Source: Eledone cirrhosa | Taxonomy: Eukaryota | Reading direction: 5' to 3' | NCBI GenBank assembly: GCA_964016885.1 | Contig: OZ024742.1 | Location: 151,962,001 to 152,026,000 of the forward strand | DNA: 64,000 bases | Notes under the pieces: generated by a model | What the model saw: only the letters and a program-made list of their open reading frames with translations | Databases searched by the model: none | Told to the model about the DNA's origin: nothing | Made by a program: the position numbers and the translations under genes | Part shown: in pieces, positions 31,849 to 43,780 of the stretch | Numbering within the stretch: the first letter of the stretch is position 1 | How the letters are laid out: every line of letters starts with the position of its first letter

Positions 31849-34800
31849 TCTCTGGGATGGACACACGCGTATAACTTGCTGAGTTAGTTCTGTTTAAATT
31901 TCTCTAGACATTCTTGTCTGTAAACTTTAATTTTTGTACCAAACTTTAATTTTTGTACCACTGAGGACTGCCAGGTCAAACTTTGATCTGGTCAGTCTCT
32001 CAAAATATTCTACGCCTTTAGGCGAAATAGTTAAACAAAAAAAGTTTTTTCTTGTTGAAAAGTTAACATTTTTTAAAATGGCTGAAGCTTCTTCACCAAA
32101 ATTCGAAGGAGGAAAGGGGAAGATAAACTTACAGCTTCCCCCTGCCACTGTCACAGTAGCATAGGTCAAGAAGAAAGGTCAGCCAGAGGAAGGACTTTCT
32201 CCACCTGTTAACCGACAACTTGACGTTGCCATGGCAACAACCCAAAGAACCAGCGGCACCAGCAACAGCAACAACAACAACAATGCGACGGACGAAAACA
32301 ACACAAATAACAATAACAACAACAAGACCAATAACTGTGACAACAACAACAATGATAACAACAACAACACAAACAAAATGTCTCCTTCGCCGAGACGGCA
32401 AGGAAAACCCTCGACTATCTGCCAGTAGATATAACCAAAGCGAAGGAGCTACTAGCAGATGCCAAAAAATATATAGTGTACGGGGAAAATGGTTCATTCA
32501 CAATCCCCCACCCCGGAACTAAAAAGCCAGAGACTCCTAAACACTGTCATGTTTAGGACAATCTCGAATAAAACCAAAAAATCAGCTCAACCATCACATA
32601 GTGAGATAGAGCTGGTTTTAAAAGACGTCATGAAGGACATCACCTTCATTCAGAAGGATAGACTCTACGGGAGTCTATCCATTCTCATGAAGGACAGGGA
32701 CACAGCAGTGAAACTGTCCATCAAACCAATCACATCCACCGCATACACCTTCTACCCTACGTACATGGGTAGAAGAACACAAAAAATAAAAATCCACACC
32801 ATCCTGCCGATTATGGACATATGGTGGGTTTTGACAGGTTTCCTGGACCTGGAGGATGACATGCTGGTGTCCATGGGAAAGGCATCGGGTGACGCGTTCA
32901 GTGGAACGAGCCTCGAACTTGTAGTTCAAATGAGGCCCGAAAGGATCGCCCAGATCCCTGAACGCGTCATACTGGATGACCTAACCTTCATCAACATTAC
33001 CGTTGAGGGTAGGCGACCCTCCTGTTACCTCTGCGGAACCAGAGGTCACCCGAGGGCTGTCTGTCCCCAACTTAATAAGAAAACCCCAATCCTGCCTACA
33101 CCACCAACAACTGCACAACCGACACAATCATCACAACTACCACTACAAAAACAACCACCACAGCCCAAACCAAAACAAAACAATGTCCAACCCATCCCCT
33201 CCACTCAAAAAACAAAAACAATTTCCAAAACACCCGCATCGCAAACACAACCCCAAAATATACCCCTTCCCTCCAACGCGGAAGATGACCCTAGTTCGTC
33301 GTCAGACGAGGAGGAGCACTTCCATACAATCAAAAGAAAAAAAAGAAAACACACCTCAGACACACACATGAAAACAACCCCTCCCCAAAACATAACACTG
33401 AGACCAACACAAAAGAGCTCACAACAACAGCAAACAAAAAACACCACACAAAAACAATTACATGCATACACATACATAAACACAAGAAACAAAAAACTGT
33501 TAAACATTGTGTACAACAACAATCTAATAAAAACACAAGGGCCTAACTTCACCCAGGCAGGGGATTTCCCCCACCTCAAAATGATTAAGGCCCCACAGGA
33601 CACCTATAAAACTTTAAAAAACAATTTTAAAGAGGACGTGGGTCCCCCCTGCGTCGGGCCCATTAACCGCGTCCTCCTAAAAAACTACCCCACCCCCTCC
33701 CCAAACACCCACACAACTCCAAACTCCCCAACCACACAACACACTGATGCCCCTACACTTCCACAAACCACCACCCCACCCAACAACCCATCCCCCACCC
33801 TAATGGAAATTGTGCAGCCAGATACCCGGGACGCAGAGAGGTAAGTGCCTTTTCTCTTCACCACCAACATGGCTATGCTAAGAGTAGGCTGTTTGAATGC
33901 GCGTGGCCTGGGCTCAACTTGGAAACAAGCAATGTTTCTAAATGACCTCAGGTCACAACGTATAGATGTGATGGTTATTTGCGAGGCCCGGATCAGCAAC
34001 GTGCGACAGCTGGCCCCCACCTTTAATGACTTTGAGATACACGCATCTCTCTGTCAGCCCGGAGGTGGGGGTGGAGTTGTCATTCTGCTGCAAAAACATC
34101 TGGGTCTCGCAACACAGATGGTACATTTGGACCCGGAGGGTCGACTAGTGGTTCTGGTCCTTGGCAGTGGTAAAGGCGGAGCGTTTAGGTTGGTAGCCGC
34201 CTACGGCCCTTTCGGGTCAATGCGGCAGGACTTCTTCCATCGTCTGGAGACTTTTCTAGGGACGTCCCGCTCCTTGCTATTAGTGGGGGACTGGAATGGT
34301 ATCCTAGATGCACGCTGGGACTACGTAGGGGCCTGTCCCGATAGAGAGGGGTGTAATAGCCTCAAAGGGTTAATCGGTCGATTTGACCTGGCCGATAGAT
34401 ATCGACTAGATTTTCCGACTGCGCCAACCTGGAATTGGGCAAATCGTAGCGGATCATCTAGGTCGTACCTAGATAGGTTCTTAGTTAGAATTAAGGATAA
34501 GGTCTTTTTAAGTTGTCCAAAAATACGCATGGTTGGCTATTCAGACTACAAATTAGTGACCTGCATGGTCAACCTTGACAGAACTCATAGACAGGGACCC
34601 GGTTACTGGAAGCTCAACTTGTCCTTACCGGCAAGTAAGGCTTACAGGGACCGGATTAGCACTTTAGTTAAGGAGCGGTTGACGGGCGCCATCGTCAACA
34701 GCAGGTGGTGGGGATCTCTCAAAAGAGAGATTAGAGTAGTCTCTATAGAATTTAGTAAGGAGTTAGCCTCAAATAGAAATAGGAAGGAAAGGGAGTTGGT

Positions 34801-37566
34801 AGATAGTGTAGAAGAGGCAATTAGAAGCGGCGACGTGGCCAGAGTGCTAGCGTCGAGAACGGCCCTGGGCCAGTTCTTCGACGCGAAACACGAAGGCTGC
34901 ATCGTCCGAAGCAAAATACGTGCTCTGGGAAACGAGGGGACCAAAGCTGTTACCTGGGCCCGCGTGACAGAAGCCAAAAGAGGGAGCAGATCCACTATCC
35001 GGTCTTTGCGAGACCAGGATGGACGGGTGATCCTTGAGCCTAAGCAGATGTGCGAGGCTTTTCAAAAGCACTTTGCCGGATTCTTCGGAAGGGGCGGGGG
35101 GCCGGTTGGGGATGTGGACTTCGGTCCATACCTCGACGGCCTGCCGCGTCTCTCGGACAGGGAGGCGAAGTTCTGCGAGGAGCCGATTTCAGCCGCTGAG
35201 ATAGAGGATGTGCTGAGCCAATGCGGCAACCGCAAATCCCCGGGTCTCAATGGTCTTCCATACGAACTATATCTAGCTATGCCGGACTTGTTCCTCGATC
35301 TCCTCGAGAGGGTCTACTGGCAACAGAACGGGAGAATTGCCTGTGCTGTGACTAAGGGCGTAGTCACGCTAGTGAGGAAGGGCGAGAACAAGGGGGACGA
35401 TATAAATAATTTCAGGCCCATAACTCTGCTAAACACAGAGTTACAGATTTTGGCCAATGTGCTAGCAAAGAGGTTGGCGCTTGTCGTGGGCAACCTGGTG
35501 GGAGATGCGCAGACATATGCTATCCCGTCCAGGTTCATCCACGACAACCTCCACCACATGCGATACATCATAGAGAGGGTTGGGAACGAACCCGGCTTTG
35601 GTGGGGCCCTGATCAACTTGGATCAATCTAAGGCATTCGATAGGGTCGACCATGGTTACCTGGATGCGGTGCTAGCGGCGGAAGGCTTCGGACCCGTTTT
35701 CAGGGGCTGGATCAATGCCATGCACAGCAGCCGCATCTGCTCTAGGGTCAAGGTGAACGGCTACCTCTCGGAGCCGTTCGAAATCGAGCGGTCCATCCGA
35801 CAGGGGTGCCCTCTCTCCTCCCTTCTGTATGTAATGACTCTAGAGCCACTGCTGCGGAAGTTGGAGTTGTTGCAGGACATCCCGTTGGATGCGGGATTGC
35901 GGAAAGCGGTGTCAGCCTACGCCGATGACGTAACAGTAATGGTGTCGACGGCCGCGGAAATCGGGGCGATCGGCACCTTACTGGAGGAGTACGAAAGGTT
36001 TACAGGGGCTAAGCTGAACCGGGACAAGTCGATCGGTCTGCAACTCGGCACATGGAGGGGCAGATCGATGCCCTCCGATGGCGTCGTCGGGCGCTGGACG
36101 GAGGGCCCGGTGAAGTTGCTCGGGGTCTGGTTCGGACCAGACCTCCAGATGGAGAAGAACTGGGGTGAGGTAACGAACAGGGTGTTTGCACTGACCCAGA
36201 AGTGGGCCGAGTGGAAACTGTCCCTGAAAGGTCGGGCGGAGGTGGCGAACACTTATATAGCGTCCGTCATCTACTACCGCCTGACCGCTGTGCCTTGCCC
36301 AAGGGAAACGCTCGCCAAAATGGAGCGCGCACTCTTCCAATTCCTTTGGAAGAAGCGGGCTCCTATGGTGAGGAGATCCATCTGCTGTCAAGACCCTTCG
36401 AAAGGAGGGCTGGGGATGCCGTGGCTAATGATACGTAAACACGCATTAAGGCTACGGCACCTTCAGGTATTCCTCTCCGGTCAACCGGTGTGGGCCCCGT
36501 TTGTGAGGCGAGCCTTTCCCAGACTCGTCTCACTCACCGAGCTGCAATCCTGGGTCAAGCAAAGACCGAGAAAACTGGGCGCCTGGCACACCGAGTGTGC
36601 CCAGGCACTCACGGCTCTCTGGCAGGCGGACCCGGCTGTCAGTGGAGAATCCACCTGGTCATTCTATAGAGGGCTGGTGGTTAGCAGGTGTGACGACGCC
36701 CTCGGAGAAGCCCTAGGCATGGAGGAAGACGAACTGGCCAACCTGTTCGGTAGGACATTCAGCCCGGGACCCATGGATAACTTCCAGAGGTCCCTGGCCT
36801 GGCAATGCTACAGAAGGGCTCTGCCCGTTCGAGAAAGGCTCTACAGACACGGGCGCCCGGGTAGGGACCCCTCGAAAAAGATCTGTCCCAGATGCGTGTG
36901 CGACGAGGAAACCGTTGCACACGCATTGGTACACTGCTCGGGCATTGCCGATCTGTGGGGCTATGTCGAACAACTGCTGTCAAGGGTGGGACCGATCGGG
37001 TTGACCACCGAGTCTATTGTAACGATCAAGCCACCTCCCCTCTTCAAAAACGAAGAAGAGGCGGTGTTTCTGTGCGTAATAGCCATGGCGAAAGAGGTTG
37101 TATGGTGGTCGCGTCTGAAAGGACTGAGGTCAGACACCTTTCTCTCTGGCCAACAACTGGTCCGTTTCTTCCGATATCATTTCGGAAGAAGGATCAGGAT
37201 GGAGAGAGAGGTGCTGCACCCCAGCTGTTTTTATGAAAGATGGGTGAAAGTGGCGAGAATGGCCCGTGTGAATGGGCCTTCACTCTACATCAGACTATAG
37301 GTGAGGAAGATGAAAGACCAAGGGAGCACCCACTCTCTGTGCTCCCGAGGAAAAGGGTTGCACACTTTTTTCCGGGGGTGTGCGCGACCCCCCCAAGGCG
37401 CCTCCTCTCTATTGAGGACTTTGTTATAAATTTTATTTTTTGTTATATTTTATTTTATTTTTATATATTGTTATTGCCTCCTCCCTTGTGAGGACGCCTT
37501 GTTTTGTAAACTCCCCCCATTGTACTTGTCCCACTTTTGATGCCCTGGTGGCAAATAAAAGAAACA
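31849..37566 (+). mobile_element. Full-length Tx1 copy T4 (family B)
   Basis: Distinct 5' end TCTCTGGGATGGACAC (shared with T7). ORF1 32078-33844 has a stop and frameshifts in the N-terminal part; knuckle CYLCGTRGHPRAVC. ORF2 is open. Ends AATAAAAGAAACA then (TATC)n. Confidence 0.95.
33869..37300 (+). CDS. T4 ORF2, open ~1143 aa APE-RT-zinc finger, carrying SDH->SDY in the endonuclease
   Basis: Same motifs as T2 ORF2; TAC at 34547-34549 replaces the conserved His. Confidence 0.9.
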   Translation: MAMLRVGCLNARGLGSTWKQAMFLNDLRSQRIDVMVICEARISNVRQLAPTFNDFEIHASLCQPGGGGGVVILLQKHLGLATQMVHLDPEGRLVVLVLGSGKGGAFRLVAAYGPFGSMRQDFFHRLETFLGTSRSLLLVGDWNGILDARWDYVGACPDREGCNSLKGLIGRFDLADRYRLDFPTAPTWNWANRSGSSRSYLDRFLVRIKDKVFLSCPKIRMVGYSDYKLVTCMVNLDRTHRQGPGYWKLNLSLPASKAYRDRISTLVKERLTGAIVNSRWWGSLKREIRVVSIEFSKELASNRNRKERELVDSVEEAIRSGDVARVLASRTALGQFFDAKHEGCIVRSKIRALGNEGTKAVTWARVTEAKRGSRSTIRSLRDQDGRVILEPKQMCEAFQKHFAGFFGRGGGPVGDVDFGPYLDGLPRLSDREAKFCEEPISAAEIEDVLSQCGNRKSPGLNGLPYELYLAMPDLFLDLLERVYWQQNGRIACAVTKGVVTLVRKGENKGDDINNFRPITLLNTELQILANVLAKRLALVVGNLVGDAQTYAIPSRFIHDNLHHMRYIIERVGNEPGFGGALINLDQSKAFDRVDHGYLDAVLAAEGFGPVFRGWINAMHSSRICSRVKVNGYLSEPFEIERSIRQGCPLSSLLYVMTLEPLLRKLELLQDIPLDAGLRKAVSAYADDVTVMVSTAAEIGAIGTLLEEYERFTGAKLNRDKSIGLQLGTWRGRSMPSDGVVGRWTEGPVKLLGVWFGPDLQMEKNWGEVTNRVFALTQKWAEWKLSLKGRAEVANTYIASVIYYRLTAVPCPRETLAKMERALFQFLWKKRAPMVRRSICCQDPSKGGLGMPWLMIRKHALRLRHLQVFLSGQPVWAPFVRRAFPRLVSLTELQSWVKQRPRKLGAWHTECAQALTALWQADPAVSGESTWSFYRGLVVSRCDDALGEALGMEEDELANLFGRTFSPGPMDNFQRSLAWQCYRRALPVRERLYRHGRPGRDPSKKICPRCVCDEETVAHALVHCSGIADLWGYVEQLLSRVGPIGLTTESIVTIKPPPLFKNEEEAVFLCVIAMAKEVVWWSRLKGLRSDTFLSGQQLVRFFRYHFGRRIRMEREVLHPSCFYERWVKVARMARVNGPSLYIRL

Positions 37567-37597
<31 letters not shown>

Positions 37598-37598
37598 A

Positions 37599-37661
<63 letters not shown>

Positions 37662-37668
37662 TAATCTA
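37567..37668. repeat. (TATC)n spacer between T4 and T5
   Basis: Direct reading; ends TATTAATCTA. Confidence 0.97.
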
Positions 37669-40600
37669 GCTGTCGTCTGTTCTTCAGTGTGGATGTAATT
37701 CACTTCACGCAGAAGTTTTGTTCAAATTTATTGCGGAAATTTTGTCAGTTCAAATTTAATTTTGATACAATTGTGTAGCTTGACCCCCCCCCCGTCTGAA
37801 CTGTCAGGCGGTGGGTCAGCTCATCTTTACCCCTACAAGAGGTGAAAAACCTGTTTTAAAAAATTTTGTGACAAAAAAATTTCAATCGTCTAACAGAAAT
37901 GTTAAACGCAGCGAACGAAAATAGTGGTGGGGGGACAGCGGTAAGAGTTGTAAGCTCGCACGCTTTAGTCCCCCCTTCCTTCCCAACTAACGTCATAGAG
38001 AAGGAAGGAAAAATTAAAATAAAAACAGACGAATCTGCGGAGAAAAAAAATGACGAAAACACAAATCTGGACTTGGATTCCAACAACGAAAAAAAAAAAT
38101 TTGAAAAATTGCATGACAATACTAATAACACGAACAAAGACACAACAAACACAAAAATAACATTTGAAAATAACACCATAACAGAAAGCAAAGCAGACGA
38201 CAATATTTCATTTGCACAGACAACAAAGAAATCTTTGACTTATATACCCGAAAATATTTCAGATGTGGCACGAAGAATCACAGACGCCAAACAATACATA
38301 AGTGAAGGAGAGAATGGTATTTTATCGGTAAAAATGCCTCAAGAACTCACCAAAGACATTGAAAGCCGAACAGTCAAGTTCCGCACCATCAACAACACTA
38401 CAAAAAAACCTGAACAGCCTTCTGAAGCAGATTTCAAAACAGTACTCACAGAAGTACTTAATGAAACCACTTTCATAAGAAAAGATAGACTGTATGGAAG
38501 CCTAGCAATTATCATAAAGAACGAATCGGCGGCAAAAAAATGTGCTTTGTCACCGATTCGTTCGAAAAATTTTACCTTTTATCCATCTTATATGGGGAAA
38601 AGAACTCAACGCATATGGCTGGATGCAATGATGCCAGATGTGGACTACTGCTGGCTCATAGCTGACTTCATCGATCCAGTGAATGACAACGTGATTTCCA
38701 TTGGGAAAACCACAGGCAATGCGTTCAGTGGAACAGGTATAGAGCTGGTAGTGCAAATGAAGCCTGAACGCATCGCCCAAATACCCGACAGAATCCTATT
38801 AGAGGGCCACGGGTATATAAACATTAGCGAGGAGGGGATAAGGCCGTCCTGCCATATCTGTGCAGGCAGTGGGCACCTGAAGGCCGCTTGTCCCCAACTC
38901 AACAAAAAGAAAACCCTGCTACCAACACCAGCTCCACCACCACCATCACAACAGATAAACAAACAACAAAACTCAGTCCCACCCAACCCGTCCCTCAGTA
39001 AAACCACACCACCACCATAACACAAACAGTTACAACACATTACCCCAAAACAAAATACAGGCCCACCCAACCTCTCACTCAATAAAACAACACAACCACC
39101 GCAGACACAACACACAACACAGTCTAACATAGTGACATCCATCTCCCCCACAAAGAAAACCAACACGGAAACATTACCAGCAAACATACCTCTTCCCTCC
39201 AACACTGAAGATAACCCAACGAATTCGGAGGAAGAAACGGAGTCCTTCAGACAGATTAAAAGGAAAAAAAGAAAACATGTGCAAAACACACAAGGCCAAA
39301 CAACCCCCACCCAAACTCAACACAATCCAACAAAACACAAAACACCCCTCCAGCAACAAACAAAACCAAACATGCCCCTCCCCTCTTCGAAACATTCACA
39401 CCATCCGAAAAAAAGACATTACACTATACTTACATCAACAGAAACAATAATAAATTAAATGAACTCATAAACAATAATCCTTCGGTACAAACCGAAGGTG
39501 TAAACTTTGTTTCTTCAGAAAACTAGCCACATTTAAAATTAATAAAGATCCCAATGAACCTCTACCAAAAACTAAAAAAGGATTTTAAGGAGGACGTAGG
39601 ACCACCCTCTGTGAAACCCATAAACCGCGTCCAACTAAAAAGCTTTCTCCATCCCCTTCCCCTCCCCAACACAACTCCAAACACCCCAACCCTACCACAC
39701 ACTGACGACCCCACACCACCACAAGACACCCCTTCACCCAACAAACCCGACCCCATGGAAGTCGTGCGACCCGAACCCCGGGAAGCAGAAAGGAAGAGCT
39801 CTACACTCTCCTTTGGCTTTGCCACCCACATGGATGTGTTAAGAGTAGGATGTTTGAATGCACGTGGCCTGGGCTCAACTTGGAAGCAAGGAAAGCTTCT
39901 AAATGACCTCAGGTCACGTGGTATAAATGTAATGGTTATCTGTGAGACTCGGATCAGCGTCGTGCGGCAGCTGGCCCCTACCTTCGATGACTTTGAGGTG
40001 CATGCATCTCTCTGTCAACCTGGAGGTGGGGGTGGGGTTGTCGTACTGCTGGAAAAACACCTGGGTCTCGCCGTACTGGTTGTTCACTCGGCCCCGGAAT
40101 GTCGTTTGTTGGTGCTAGACGTTGGCAGTAGTGGAGGTGCGGCCTTGAGACTGGTCGCCGTCTACTCCCCTTTCGGAGCTGAACGACCCGACTTCTTCCA
40201 GCGTCTGGAGACTTTTCTGGGAACGTCGCGTTCCCTGCTTCTAGTGGGGGATTGGAATGACATCCTAGATGCACGTTGGGACTATGCAGGAACATGTCCT
40301 AATAGAGGGGGGTGTAACAGCCTCAAGGGGTTACTCGACCGTTTTAACTTGGTCGATAGATATCGACTAGATTTTCCAACTGTGCCAACCAGGACTTGGA
40401 CGAACCACAGTGGTCAATCTAGATCGTACTTAGATAGATTCTTAGTTAGAAGTAAGGATAGGGACATATTAAGCATTCCAGAAATGCTCACGTTTGGCTA
40501 TACAGATCACAAATTAGTGACTTGCGTAGTCAACCTCGAGAAAACACATAGACAATGTTCCGGTTACTGGAAACTTAATTTGTCTTTTCCGGCAAAAGAG

Positions 40601-43479
40601 GCTTACAGAAACCGGATTAGAAGATTAGTTAAGGAGAGGTTGACGGGTGCAATCGTCAACAACCGATGGTGGGCATCTCTCAAAAGAGAGATTAGTACAG
40701 AATCAATAAGTTATAGCAAGATGTTAGCTGCCGATAGGAATAGGAACGAGAAAGAATTAACAGGTAAATTAGAAGAGGCAATCAAGAGCGAAGATGTGGC
40801 CAGAGTGCTGGCATCGAGGACGGCCTTGAGCCAGTTTTTCGATGCAAAGCACGAAGGCTGCGTCATTCGAAGTAAAATACGTGCTCTAGGTAATGAGGCG
40901 ACCAAAGCCGTTGGCTGGGCCCGCGTGACAGAAGCTAAGAGTGGAAATCGATCCACCATCCGGTCTTTGCAAGACGAGGATGTACGGGTGATCCAGGAGC
41001 CTAAGCAGATGTGCGAGGCCTTTCAAAGGCACTTTGCCCGATTGTTCGGGGGAGGGGAGGGTCCGGGCGGGGACGTGGATTTCAGTTCATACCTCGACGG
41101 CCTGCCGCATCTCTCGAGCGAAGAGGCTGAGTCCTGCGAGGGACCAATCTCGGCTGATGAAATCGGAGATGCGCTGAGCCAATGCAGCAGACGCAAATCT
41201 CCAGGTCTCGATGGTATACCTTACGAACTTCATTTAGCAATGCCGGTCTTCTTCTCCGAACTCCTCGAAGCAGTCTACTGCAATTGGCAGCAGAACGGGA
41301 GAATTCCTTGTTCTGTAGCCAAAGGCGTAGTCTCGCTGGTGAGGAAGGACGAGAACAAAGGAGATAGTATACATAATTTTCGGCCCATGACCCTGCTAAA
41401 CACAGAGTTAAAGATTTTGGCCAAGGTGTTAGCAAAGAGGTCGGCGCTTGTCGTGGGTGGCCTGGTGGTAGATGCGCAGACATGTACTATCCCATCAAGG
41501 TCCATTCACGACAACCTCCACATCATGCGATACATCATAGAGAGGGTTGGCAACAAACCCGGCTTCGGTGGGGCCCTGATCAACTTGGATCAGTCTAAGG
41601 CCTTCGATAGGGTCGACCATGGTTACCTGGATGTGGTGTTAGCGGCGGCTGCGTTCGATCCTGTTTTCAGAGGCTGGATCACTGCCTTACATAGCAACCA
41701 CATCTGTTCTAGGATCAAGGCGAACGGCTACCTTTCGAAGCCGTTCGAAATCACACGATCCATTCGACAGGGGTGCCATCTCTCCTCCCTTCTGTACGCA
41801 TTGACTCTCGAGCCTTTACTGAGGAAGTTGGAGTTGTTGCAAGGTATCCCCCTGGAACCAGGATTGAGCAAAGCGGTGTCGGCCTACGCCGATGACGTAA
41901 CAGTAATGGTATCGACCGACCCGGAGATCGAGGCGATCGGTACCTTACTGGAGGATTAAGAAAGGTTATCAGGAGCGAAACTGAACCGGGAAAAATCCAT
42001 CGGGCTGCAACTCGGAACGTGGAGAGGCAGACCGATGCCTCCCGACGGTGTCGTCGGACACTGGACGGAGGGCCCGGTAAAGTTGCTTGGGGTCTGGTTT
42101 GGACCGGACCTCCAGGTGGAAAAGAACTGGAACGAGGTTACGAACAAGGTGTTTCCACTAACCCAGAAATGGGCCAAGTGTAAGCTGTCCCTAAAAGGTC
42201 GGGCGGAGGTGGCGAACATTTACATAGCGTCCGTCACTTACTACCGCCTGACTGTCGTGCCTTGCCCTAAGGAAACACTTACCACCATGGAACGCATGCT
42301 CTTTCAATTTCTTTGGAAGAAGCGCCCTCCTATGGTGAGAAGATCCATCTGCTACCATCAACCTTCGAAAGGAGGGCTGGGGATGCCGTGGTTGATGATG
42401 CGTAGGCACGCATTAAGGCTAAGGCACCTACAGGTATTCCTCACTGGTCAACCGGTGTGGGCTCCGTTCGTGAGACGAGCCTTTCCGAGACTCGATCGCT
42501 CACCGAGCTGCAATCCTGGGTCAAGCAAAGATCCGGAAAACTGGGCGACTGGCACACTGAATGTGCCCAGGCGCTCAGGGCTCTCTGGCAAGCGGGCCAG
42601 GCCATCGGTTGAGAATCCACCTCATCATTCTATAGAGGGCTGGTGGCTAGCAGGGGCGATGACACCCTTGGAGAGTAGCTGGACATGGAAGAGGACGAAC
42701 TGGCCAGCCTGTTCGGTAGGACTTTCGGCGCGGGACCAATGGACAATTTCCAGAAGTCACTGGCCTGGCAGTGCTACCGGGGGGCTCTACCCGTTCGAGA
42801 AAAGCTCTACAGACACGGGCGCCCGTGCAGGGATCCCTCGAAAATGATTTGCCCTAGATGCGTGAGTTACGAAGAAACCGTTGCGCACGCATTGGTGCAA
42901 TGTCTGGGCGTGGCTGATCTGTGGGGCTACGCCGAACAACTGCTGTCGCGGTGGCGCCGATTTGATTGACCACCGAGTCCGTGATGACAATCAAGCCGCC
43001 TCCCCTCTTCACCTAGGAAGCAAAGGCGGTTTTTCTGTGCGTAATAGCCATGTTGAAAGAGGTTGTTTGGTGGACACGATTGAAAGGTCTGAGGTCAGGC
43101 AACTTCCTCTCTGGCCATAGTCTGGTCTACTTCTTCCGATATCACTTCGGAAGAAGGATAAGAATGGAGAGAGAGGTGCTTGGCCACAGGCAGTTTTATG
43201 AAAGGTGGGTGATAGTGGCGAGAATTGCTCGCGTAAATGGGCCTCCTCTGTATACCATCCTGTAGGTAAAGAAGTGAAGGAGAGGGGAGCACCTCCTCCA
43301 TGTGCTCCCCGGGCAAAGGATTGCACACTTTTTCGGGGGTGTGTGCAAACCCTATCCCGTCCCCACCCTTTTGAGATTGTTTTCGATTATTTTCATTTTA
43401 TACCCTTTTTACACGATTTTATGTAAACTCCGCCCTTGTATTTGTCCCTTCTTTTTGTGCCTTTATGGTAAATAAAGAA
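37669..43479 (+). mobile_element. Full-length Tx1 copy T5 (family A), degenerate
   Basis: ORF1 from 37899 (stop at 39018, frameshift near 39318); ORF2 from 39830 with a stop at 41957 and later frameshifts to 43265; same 3' end as T2. Confidence 0.95.
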
Positions 43480-43531
<52 letters not shown>

Positions 43532-43780
43532 GTCTGTCTCCATCTGCCTTGTTGTCTCTCTGGCTTTCTATTTGTTTATTTATCTATCTATCTATCTATC
43601 TGTCACTTTGTCTATCTATATGTCCGTCCGTCTGTCTGTCTATTTATCAACCTGAACCAATCTATATATGGCGTATATTTCTCTATCTGTGTGTATACAT
43701 GTATGTCTGTACGTATATATATATATATACATACCTGTGTCTATAGATATGTATATACAGCTGTCCATCCATCCATCCAA
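43480..43780. repeat. (ATCT)n grading into degenerate TCTG/TATC/TCCA repeats; probable remnant of the original target locus
   Basis: Direct reading. Confidence 0.85.

Noticed and set aside
31922-31959. 19-bp tandem duplication AAACTTTAATTTTTGTACC in the T4 5' UTR
   Set aside because: Single-copy in T7; private slippage event.
20416-43479. LTR retrotransposon or simple segmental duplication
   Set aside because: No LTRs, protease or integrase; ORF2 is APE-RT; units belong to different lineages and carry private lesions.
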